NCBI GenBank assembly: GCA_963751455.1
Contig: CAVVUN010000011.1
Span: 33,361 to 97,360 of the forward strand
DNA from: Nitrospirota bacterium
GTDB lineage: Bacteria; Nitrospirota; UBA9217
Direction of reading: 5' to 3'
DNA: 64,000 bases
Shown here: positions 30,698-38,959 of the stretch, in pieces
Layout: the number at the start of each line of letters is the position of its first letter
Numbering within the stretch: the first letter of the stretch is position 1
Notes under the pieces: generated by a model
Seen by the model: the letters and a program-made list of their open reading frames with translations, nothing else
The model's database searches: none
Told to the model about the DNA's origin: nothing
Translations under genes and position numbers: made by a program

Positions 30698-31387
30698 ATG
30701 AATGAGAACAAGGGTGATAGAAAAAAGCTTAAGGTCGATCTCTCCGAGCTCGTCTTCGAAATGGAGCTGGGCGACAATATGGAACGAAGCGGCTATCTCG
30801 ACACGGAAACCGGCGAGATTATCGACATGCCCGACGATATCATGCGCGGCGTTGAGGAGGGAGAACCCGGTTCGGTGTTGGTTGAGTGGGATGAGGAACT
30901 CGCGGAGATAGCCGATAAGATACTGAGCGATGAAAAAAACCGGTTTCTGCTGATTCCGAGGCGCGAATCGAGCGAAGGATATGAAATCATGGTTTCATTC
31001 ACGGGGACCGTGGCCGGCAAGGAACTCAAGGCAAAATTGACAGTCGCTCTTGACGGCAAGGGCGCGTTTCGCAGGTTCAGGAACGTACTGGACCGGCACC
31101 CCGGCGAGCTTGAACGTTGGTACAAGTTCAAAGAGGACTGGATGCGGGACGAAGCGATTCAGTGGCTTCTCGAAAACGGGATCGAGCCGGTGCAGGTGAT
31201 CTCCGGCTATTTCAACGACGACGGGACCGAGATCAATCCTGACCTGGTTTCGAAGCCGGGGCTTTGCCTTACGTGCAAGAAAGACCACGCGAGCGGCAAG
31301 GAAGAAATTCTCTGTACTCTGACGCGGAATGACCAGAAGGATGAAGATGATTTTGAATGCGGGGCGTTTGAGCCGAAGCAAGGGTAA
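30698..31387 (+). CDS. UPF0158 family protein with extra Cys-rich C-terminal domain
   Basis: YLDTETGEI, GKGAFRRF and W..F...WL motifs; tail CLTC...C...C. Confidence 0.8.
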   Translation: MNENKGDRKKLKVDLSELVFEMELGDNMERSGYLDTETGEIIDMPDDIMRGVEEGEPGSVLVEWDEELAEIADKILSDEKNRFLLIPRRESSEGYEIMVSFTGTVAGKELKAKLTVALDGKGAFRRFRNVLDRHPGELERWYKFKEDWMRDEAIQWLLENGIEPVQVISGYFNDDGTEINPDLVSKPGLCLTCKKDHASGKEEILCTLTRNDQKDEDDFECGAFEPKQG

Positions 31388-31496
31388 CCCGCAGGCGACA
31401 GCGCGCCTGACAGAGAACAGATAGGGTCTTGAATGTTGCTGTTGACAGAACGTAGAAGAGAGGATTCTGTAAGAACCCTATACGAGTAATGATTTT

Positions 31497-32144
31497 ATGT
31501 CTGGCACTCTTTTCACAATCGGCTATTCAAACCGATCAATAGAGGATTTCATCGCCCTTCTCAAACAGCACAAGATCAGTGCGCTCTGCGACGTTCGATC
31601 CGCGCCCTACAGCAGCCGCAACCCGCGGTTCAACCGTGAGTTGCTCAAACAGTCGCTGAAATCTCATAATATCGAATATGTATTTCTTGGCGAGGAACTC
31701 GGAGCGAGGCCAAAAGACCTGTCATGCTATGTCGAGGGGAAGGCAATCTATGAAAAGATTGCTGCAGCAACTTTATTTAAAAAAGGCCTGGAACGAATCA
31801 AGCACGGCATGCAGAAAAATTACGTGATTGCCTTAATGTGCGCTGAAAAAGACCCAATAACATGCCATCGGACGATATTAATATGCAGAAATCTGCGCGC
31901 ACAGGGAATCGATATCCAGCATATCATTGATTACGAAACCACTGAATCGCAAGTTGACCTTGAGAAGCGTTTGATCGCACAATTGAAACTTCATCTCGAT
32001 ATGTTCAAAGACTCTGACCCGAATGGCGTGATCGAGCGCGCCTATGATATTCAGGGTGATCGGATTGCCTATGTTGAGAAAGGAGATACAGAAGTTGAAG
32101 AGATTACACCGGAAACTGAGAGAGAAGAGCATGAGCACTATTAA
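31497..32144 (+). CDS. DUF488 family protein
   Basis: TIGYS, DVRS.PYS, LG.RP and LMCAEKDP..CHR motifs. Confidence 0.9.
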   Translation: MSGTLFTIGYSNRSIEDFIALLKQHKISALCDVRSAPYSSRNPRFNRELLKQSLKSHNIEYVFLGEELGARPKDLSCYVEGKAIYEKIAAATLFKKGLERIKHGMQKNYVIALMCAEKDPITCHRTILICRNLRAQGIDIQHIIDYETTESQVDLEKRLIAQLKLHLDMFKDSDPNGVIERAYDIQGDRIAYVEKGDTEVEEITPETEREEHEHY

Positions 32145-32454
32145 AATTTATACAATCGGGTTCACCCAGAAAAAGCTCTTCCAGGTGGAAAAGGAGACAG
32201 CCCACGATTTCTTCCGGACCATGGAGATCCAAAGCTCGGCCGCTGCAGTGGAGAATATCCTGCTCGCTGCCACGTCCCTTGGGCTCGGCACAGTCTGGCT
32301 CGGCGTACTCTATCTTATGAAAGATCAAGTGCTCCGGTTCCTTGGAGAACCCGAAGGCGAGTTCATGGCTGTTGTGCCGGTCGGCCGGCCTGCAAGGGTC
32401 AGCAGCGGACCGAAAAAGCAGCCAGTTGAGATGAAGGTGAAGTTATTGGGCTGA
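32131..32454 (+). pseudogene. Chimera: second DUF488 start fused to a duplicated nitroreductase 3' end
   Basis: MSTIKIYTIGFTQK followed by sequence nearly identical to 24427-24709. Confidence 0.85.
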
Positions 32455-32814
32455 ACCAGCGGTCGACCTGATGCAAGCTTGTGGCTCATCATAGGACCCA
32501 ATCCTAGATTACATATATAGTTAGCTGAAGAAGGGGAAAGCACTTGGAGAACCATGTCCGCACGGTTCTCACGCCCTAAGAATGCGACAAGTACTTCCTG
32601 AAAGTGCTGATCACGATGCAGCCGATCTATTGAATGTTTCGCTCCGTAATTGATATAGCAGAACAGCAGTCTATTTGGGTCACTACGTCCCTCCGGTGAT
32701 CCAAATTGGGGGTAGCTCCGTTATGCGCTAAACACATCGACGTCCCCTTCGCCCTAATCCGAGAGCATAGCTATCCAGCTATGCTCTTTTATTTTTTAAA
32801 TCATCAGAATGTTT

Positions 32815-34257
32815 TTAGTACTTCGTCTCAACGATATGACCGGTTCTGCCGGAACAGGGATAGCCCATCTGGTTCTTGTGCGGATTCAGAGAAGTGTCGT
32901 ATGAACTGCGGTTAAGTTTCTTCTCACAGTAGGGGCACTGAATGACATATGTGGGACCCCAGTTTGTTTTGATCTTTGCTGTTCTTCGTGGCGTCGAAAA
33001 TGGCTTACTTGCTCTCGGTGACCGTGCTACACGTGCGGGGGCAGTGCGCCTGGTGGTGGGCGGCGCAAAGATCGGAGCGGCAGGCGTGAGCTCGATTACA
33101 TAACGCGGCTTGAATGAAACAGTAGACGCTTCGGCGCTTTGGAACCGATCAACCCGATACGATCTGGGCTCTCCTGTTTCGTGCTTGACAGCAGCAAGCA
33201 GAAGGTTGCCGTCCTTGGATCGTCTCAGAGAATACGGCTCGATTAACCGCCTGGTCCCATTGTACCCCAGCACAACACAAAGCCTGTTAGCTGCTGCGAA
33301 CCGTACCACTTCAAGCGGCACTGGTGCATGCCATGCATGACCCATCGACGGCGGCTGCCACGCGAGATCGACATCCACGCCGAAGGGCATAGGCGATTCT
33401 GCAACACCTTGCGGTTGTTCGCCGTGCAGCCAGGCAAAAACAGCAGGCAGTTCATTCCAGAACTGCGCGAAGTCTGGCAGCATCGGGAGCTGATGGCCAA
33501 GCATGTTTACCCATTCTGCCTCCAGTTCAGCCCGTTCGGGTCTGTTCTCGAGTGACTGCATGGTCGGCACAGGGATGCCTTTGAAAGCGCATTTCTGCTC
33601 AAGCGTCCTCAGGATCTGCTCGCGGCTGGCTTTCAGCTCCTCGTGCCGGAACAGATGGATCACATCATAGAGATCACGCGGCCGTTCCCGTTCAGCCAGA
33701 GCGCGTATCTTTTCAGCAAAGATTTCCTCGAAGCTGTAGCACCGTACATCAATGCCGTCATCAGGATTGTCCGAGTAGGGGTGGTGGACTTCGCGGGAGA
33801 CGGGTTCAAGTACAAGCACTTCGTCATTGGTAAAATCCAACTTAATTCTTGGCAGATCGCCGCGCGGCTGGAGCGGGCCGCGATAGCCGATCTTGCCTTG
33901 CGCAGAGACCTTGCCTCGCGAGTTAGTATATATTTCAAACCGTATTGCGTTCTCCGGGATCTCGATACCCGTATTGTCGTAAACCCATTGCGTCACGCCG
34001 GCAAATGATCGCTTCAGGAAATCCTGATCAAGATGGGCGGCAGCGGTGAGCGTAAAATCGAGGTCTTCGGAAAAGCGGTAGGTTTCGAAGAAGCACTTCT
34101 TGATGCAGGTCCCCCCCTTGAATACCCATGAAGGGCCGAGCTCCGCATGACTCGCTATTCCAGCCAGGAACCAGCCGAGGACATAGTCCTTTTCAACAAC
34201 GTTCGGTGCGAGCGCGAACTCTCTCGCAAACTCCATGATTTCCTGTCTGTCAATCAC
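32815..34257 (-). CDS. abiEii: AbiEii nucleotidyltransferase toxin fused to a WYL domain and a Zn-finger-like tail
   Basis: EKDY, FKGGT, RFSEDLDF, AEKIRA and PRDLYD motifs, then R.IEPYSL...RSYRVDR (WYL) and CPYC..H..C. Confidence 0.88.
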   Translation of the reverse strand: MIDRQEIMEFAREFALAPNVVEKDYVLGWFLAGIASHAELGPSWVFKGGTCIKKCFFETYRFSEDLDFTLTAAAHLDQDFLKRSFAGVTQWVYDNTGIEIPENAIRFEIYTNSRGKVSAQGKIGYRGPLQPRGDLPRIKLDFTNDEVLVLEPVSREVHHPYSDNPDDGIDVRCYSFEEIFAEKIRALAERERPRDLYDVIHLFRHEELKASREQILRTLEQKCAFKGIPVPTMQSLENRPERAELEAEWVNMLGHQLPMLPDFAQFWNELPAVFAWLHGEQPQGVAESPMPFGVDVDLAWQPPSMGHAWHAPVPLEVVRFAAANRLCVVLGYNGTRRLIEPYSLRRSKDGNLLLAAVKHETGEPRSYRVDRFQSAEASTVSFKPRYVIELTPAAPIFAPPTTRRTAPARVARSPRASKPFSTPRRTAKIKTNWGPTYVIQCPYCEKKLNRSSYDTSLNPHKNQMGYPCSGRTGHIVETKY

Positions 34258-35065
34258 CGGTTTTCTCCCTGGTCCATGCCGCAGGCACCCACAGTTTCCA
34301 TGCCGTAATGAGTCGGTCTGACGGCAAGGAAGGATCGAGTTTCGCGTTTCCGGCGGTCAAACGCAACCGACAGGCTTCAATCAGGTTCTTCTCATCTTTA
34401 GCGATCCGTTCCGCAAGAAAACCGAGGCGTTTGAAGACCGCGCCATTTCCGAGCCGGTCAGCATAGGAAATGAGCAAACTGATATCCTTCTGATCTGATT
34501 TCAGATAGCTTTTGAACACGTCCACGAATGGACGGAGACCGCCGCCAAGAGACGGATCGTTCAACATGTCCAGGATTGTTCGGGTCTGATCGGAGACATT
34601 GACCTTTACCTGCCCCCGCCATATCGGTTTCATCCCGAACAGCGCTTTCTGCGGGACGGTCCTGATGAGGAAATTCGTGCCCTTGATCGACGGCTTTCTG
34701 TCGCGCGGCTTCCGGATCGTCATCACAATGATCGTGCGAAAGAGCTGCTCCGTCATGCCCCAATATTCAGCAGCGGACCATCCGCCGAGATAGCAGGGTG
34801 AATAAAGCTGTTCAGCTATGATCCAGGGATCTTCGAGCGCAATGTCGGGTGTGCGGGCTTCGAGCGGCACAGGGACGTACAGGCCTTGACGCACGCGTGA
34901 AAGCCAGCCCTGATTCGCCCAGCGGGCAAGGAGCTTGGATGCGGCAGGGGCGGGGAGGCTCAGAATCTTTGCTGCTTGCTCAACCGTGATCGTGCCCTTT
35001 GTCTCGCGAATGATTTGAGCGAGACGGATTCGTGATTCTTTTCCTATTCCAGCAACAGTTTTCAT
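34250..35065 (-). CDS. abiEi: AbiEi type IV TA antitoxin / transcriptional regulator
   Basis: N-terminal wHTH (GWLSRVRQGLY), YLGGWSAAEYWG, RTILD and KRLGFL motifs; TAGTATATT/AATATACTA inverted repeat upstream. Confidence 0.88.
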   Translation of the reverse strand: MKTVAGIGKESRIRLAQIIRETKGTITVEQAAKILSLPAPAASKLLARWANQGWLSRVRQGLYVPVPLEARTPDIALEDPWIIAEQLYSPCYLGGWSAAEYWGMTEQLFRTIIVMTIRKPRDRKPSIKGTNFLIRTVPQKALFGMKPIWRGQVKVNVSDQTRTILDMLNDPSLGGGLRPFVDVFKSYLKSDQKDISLLISYADRLGNGAVFKRLGFLAERIAKDEKNLIEACRLRLTAGNAKLDPSLPSDRLITAWKLWVPAAWTREKTGD

Positions 35066-35161
35066 TTTAGTATATTGCGAGTGGTTTAATTCCTAAATTA
35101 TGCGAAATATAGCACATAGAATATACTATATCAAGGATAAAAAAGCCTTAATTCAATCACT

Positions 35162-35407
35162 TTGACGTTCACTCCACGGATCGAAGGACTGGAAGACGAA
35201 TTGAAGGGATTGCAGAAGGCTTGGAACCAAGTGTCCCTGAGCATTCTGACCGCGGCCCTGATCGTCGGTCTCGGGCTATTGATGCTGATCTATCACCCGC
35301 CGGGGTGGAAGGACTATGGAGGATGGTTCTTCGGGATATTGTTCGTCTTAACGGTTGTTTTCGGAGCAGGGCTGTTGTGGTCAATTTGGCGGTCCCGGGA
35401 CCGGTAG
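35162..35407 (+). pseudogene. 3' fragment resembling a UbiB/ABC1 kinase C-terminal TM tail
   Basis: N..SLSILTAALIVG..two TM helices..LLWSIWRS with no proper start. Confidence 0.5.
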
Positions 35408-35704
35408 GGTCTATAACCTGATAAAGCTTACGAAATAAATTTAGAAAAGAATAAGTTTCTTCCTGTAATCTTTGTCGAACACGAAATAGGAAACTTCAAT
35501 ATTACATTCGGTAATTGATATAGTATTTCGAAATATAGTCTCGGTGTATGGCTTTACATTCCACAATTCGAAATCAGCAATAGATATAATTCCTCTTGCC
35601 CCTTTGATGGAAATATAGTACGCTTGCCGCATTAGAAAACATGGCCCGTTCCTGCTGATCCTTCACCAGCTCCGAATTTGACGCGTAACGGAATTTATCA
35701 AAAA

Positions 35705-36535
35705 ATGTCAAATAACCGGGAATCAATCGAAGACAAAGCTGTAGAATTTATTCGAAACGAATTATCAAAATCCTCGCCCTCAACTCGACGGAGGGTTTTT
35801 GAGAAGTTTATGCTTGCAGCTTTAGGCAGCATCCCATGGGTGGGTGGATTTATAAGTGCGGCAGTGAGCGCCAAGATGGAGGAGGGCAAGGCTCGCACAA
35901 CCAGTTTGCAGAATGAATGGCTGGAAGAACATACAAAAAAGATAAAGCGCCTTGCTGAAACGCTCAATGAAATAGCAGCGCGATTTGAGGCATTGGGAGA
36001 ACAAATTGACGATCGGATCCAAAGTGAACAATATCTTGATGTAGTCAGAAAAGCGTTTAGAGCCTGGGATCATGCCGATACTGACGAAAAACGCAAATAT
36101 GCTGCCAATATTGTCGCAAATTCAAGTGGAACAAAATTGTGTTCGGATGATATTGTTCGATTATTTATTGATTGGCTGGGAACATATCACGAGTCCCACT
36201 TCGCAGTTATTCGAAAAATTTACCAAAAACCCGGTGTCACGCGATATGATATTTGGCAAGAACTACATGGCGAGTTCCCTCGTGAAGATTCAGCAGAAGC
36301 TGACCTTTTTAGACTGCTGATAAGAGACCTCAGCACAGGGGGTGTCATCCGGCAAGCACGTGATACAACCGAAGACGGCCAATTTCTGAGAAAACATCCA
36401 TCACGTTCGAAAGGCCGAACCCCGACAACCATGGAGTCAGCTTTTGAGGATTCAAAACCATATGTTCTAACAGAACTTGGGAAGCAATTCGTTCATTATA
36501 CGATGACGGAAGTGGTTCCGAGGATTAGCTCCTAA
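35705..36535 (+). CDS. Hypothetical protein, Abi-alpha/DUF4393-like
   Basis: GSIPWVGG helix, EKRKYAANI and C-terminal LTELGKQF wHTH-like end. Confidence 0.6.
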   Translation: MSNNRESIEDKAVEFIRNELSKSSPSTRRRVFEKFMLAALGSIPWVGGFISAAVSAKMEEGKARTTSLQNEWLEEHTKKIKRLAETLNEIAARFEALGEQIDDRIQSEQYLDVVRKAFRAWDHADTDEKRKYAANIVANSSGTKLCSDDIVRLFIDWLGTYHESHFAVIRKIYQKPGVTRYDIWQELHGEFPREDSAEADLFRLLIRDLSTGGVIRQARDTTEDGQFLRKHPSRSKGRTPTTMESAFEDSKPYVLTELGKQFVHYTMTEVVPRISS

Positions 36536-36572
36536 TACATTAACATGAACAACTGCTGTTGAAAGGTACGAA

Positions 36573-38003
36573 ATGGACATTAAATCTATAAGGCTCGAAA
36601 ATTTTAAGGGGTTCAAAAACGCTACTCTGCCGTTGAAACCACTCACTGTCCTTCTTGGCCCTAACAGCGCAGGCAAATCGTCCTTTGGTCAAGCCCTGGT
36701 CGCCTTAAGTAAGAGCAATGCCAGCAAGGGTATTCCTAGTCTGAAGTTCGATCCGACTTCATCTGTTGAATTCGGAAGTTATTCAGATTTAGTGCACCAA
36801 GGAAACGCTGATCAGCCTGTTATTATCGAGTTAGGATTGACTTCGGGGAAAGTGACACTCGCTTTTGGAAAAGCGAATAAACTGGCGGGGGTCAATGAGC
36901 TGGATCTTGAATCATTCAATTATGATATTCTTCCTCGTGACTATGGTTCAGCACAGACATTGATACCTATCGTCGTAGACTCGAAGAATAGATTGGTAAG
37001 CGAGGTGAAACGCAACAACATCTCAGATTGGACGGTCATTAACGCCAATAACGAGGCCCATTTTTATAAGCTCGACGTTGACGGAGTAATTTCGATCACG
37101 AGCGCTTCTGATTTAACTGTGACAACGGGAATGGGGGTTCCAAAACCTGTTCCCGTTGAAGAAGCACTGCCTGGATTCAAACTGAAATCTGAAGACCTTG
37201 GTAGCCTCTTAAGAAGTATTTCCTACCTCAGACCAGATAGGCATAAGCCTGAAAGATCACGTCCTATTAATCCATCTGATAGTGCATGCATAGATGATTG
37301 GGGTGGCGGTACAGACCTGTTTATTTATAAGAATAGAGATTTGAAAACCGAGGTATTTTTCTTCCCCCATCTCCCTCTATTGACCAAAGAAGAAGCGAAG
37401 AAGAGTCTATCAACATATTCGCAGCTAGTGGCCTATGAAATGGAGTTTCTCCCGGCCTTAACCAAATGGCTTACTGAACTTGACTTGGCTTCCTTTCTTG
37501 ATGTCAAATCGATTGATCGAGAACGCTTAATACAATTAATTGTCACGCCGAGTAAGCAAAAACATGCACGACCGTTGACAGACGTTGGCTTCGGGCTGAG
37601 CCAAGTACTCCCAATTCTTGCTAAGGGCCTCAGTTTAGAAAAAAATGGATTGTTGGTAGTTGAACAACCAGAAGCTCAACTCCACCCAAGCCCCCAAGCG
37701 GCGCTTGCAGATTTCTTTTGTTCTATGGTCAAATGTACACGGAATGTTCTCGTCGAAACTCACTCTATAGAACTCTTTCACAGATTAAGATTGCGAGCAT
37801 CAATGGATGATGAGTTAGCTCAACAAATTGCTGTCTATTTCATTCATGAACCTCAAGATGGTCATTGTAGCGAGCCTATAGCTGTACCGCTGCTAGAAAA
37901 AGACGAACTTGATTGGCCGAAAGGTTTTCTCCCTGAGGGAATTAAGAAGGAAATGGAAATTTTAGCCACGCGGTTAGCGGCCCGGAAGGAGAGAGTTAAG
38001 TGA
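36573..38003 (+). CDS. AAA_15/AAA_21 ABC-type ATPase with DUF3696 (Menshen NsnB-like)
   Basis: LENFKGF, Walker A GPNSAGKSS, DVGFGLSQVLP, Walker B VVEQPEAQLHP, ETHS and WPKGF motifs. Confidence 0.88.
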   Translation: MDIKSIRLENFKGFKNATLPLKPLTVLLGPNSAGKSSFGQALVALSKSNASKGIPSLKFDPTSSVEFGSYSDLVHQGNADQPVIIELGLTSGKVTLAFGKANKLAGVNELDLESFNYDILPRDYGSAQTLIPIVVDSKNRLVSEVKRNNISDWTVINANNEAHFYKLDVDGVISITSASDLTVTTGMGVPKPVPVEEALPGFKLKSEDLGSLLRSISYLRPDRHKPERSRPINPSDSACIDDWGGGTDLFIYKNRDLKTEVFFFPHLPLLTKEEAKKSLSTYSQLVAYEMEFLPALTKWLTELDLASFLDVKSIDRERLIQLIVTPSKQKHARPLTDVGFGLSQVLPILAKGLSLEKNGLLVVEQPEAQLHPSPQAALADFFCSMVKCTRNVLVETHSIELFHRLRLRASMDDELAQQIAVYFIHEPQDGHCSEPIAVPLLEKDELDWPKGFLPEGIKKEMEILATRLAARKERVK

Positions 38004-38959
38004 ATCCACTCTATCTCTTAGATCCGTGGCTTCTCGCTCTCAATAATGAAGATACGCAGGAAACCATTCTAAACCGCGGTAATGCATTGAGAATCATGAG
38101 TGAGCTTCATCGAACATATGGAATGCGACGGGTACAGTTCATAACCGAGGAGCAGATTTCTGATTTTTATATAAAAGCTAGTTGGCGCCGACGGGACGAT
38201 TACGTGGAAGTATTCCGAATTATTAGTAGCTTACTATTAGATGATGAAGCGGAAGGACGGCCAGCTGTAATAAAGGAAACACCATGCCCTACTCTTACTT
38301 CTCAATGGTTGACTGCGCTTGGCGCGCACGGGAGTAATGACTTGCCCCCAACGTGGCGAACGCCAATAATTTTTGTTCCCGAAATGAGATCTGGTGAATG
38401 GCCTAATCAAGACATAGATGGGCGCGAGCTTAAGTATAAAATCGACGACAGGACGGAAATCAATTCGCGGAATTTGGTTTCATTAGAGCGTTATGAAGAG
38501 CATCGCAATTTTGAACCCGATTTAGATCCTTGGCGGTATGGAGCTACAGGGAGACCACCTGAAACTGTGGGTGGAGCTGTGGATGAAAGGCGTGAGGCTC
38601 TTAGAAGGTTGCCACGACCTCCCGAAGATATTTTACCGCTGCATTTAACATTTTCAGAAATTGTACAACGTTTAGAACGACGTCTTGACTGGACTTGTGG
38701 GCGACCGGGGAGAGTATACTATATCCCCCCAGAAGGATGGGATCCCCGCACTAAATATCGGGAGGAATGGAGAAGCGGTGACGTTTTCCCAAAGGGATTC
38801 GTTAAAAAAGAAGATGGTAGCCGATATTATGGGCCAATTGATCGCGAAAAAAGAATCTGGTTATGGGATTTGAAAGAAAATCATCACTGGGACGTCCAGT
38901 TGCCAAACGGTAAACATTTAAACGTATCGCATGATGGCATTGCTCGGGAGCTGGATTAA
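38000..38959 (+). CDS. Putative effector with C-terminal Ntox17-like (BECR) ribonuclease domain
   Basis: GTGA overlap with the ATPase stop; C-terminal G.IDREKRIW.WD...HWDVQL...HLNVSHDG. Confidence 0.65.
   Translation: MNPLYLLDPWLLALNNEDTQETILNRGNALRIMSELHRTYGMRRVQFITEEQISDFYIKASWRRRDDYVEVFRIISSLLLDDEAEGRPAVIKETPCPTLTSQWLTALGAHGSNDLPPTWRTPIIFVPEMRSGEWPNQDIDGRELKYKIDDRTEINSRNLVSLERYEEHRNFEPDLDPWRYGATGRPPETVGGAVDERREALRRLPRPPEDILPLHLTFSEIVQRLERRLDWTCGRPGRVYYIPPEGWDPRTKYREEWRSGDVFPKGFVKKEDGSRYYGPIDREKRIWLWDLKENHHWDVQLPNGKHLNVSHDGIARELD

Noticed and set aside
24427-32454. DGR template/variable repeat pair
   Set aside because: The differences are not adenine-specific, appear synonymous, and there is no reverse transcriptase in the window.
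24900-36600. Integron cassette array
   Set aside because: No tyrosine integrase and no convincing repeated attC (RYYYAAC..GTTRRRY) structures; many genes overlap.
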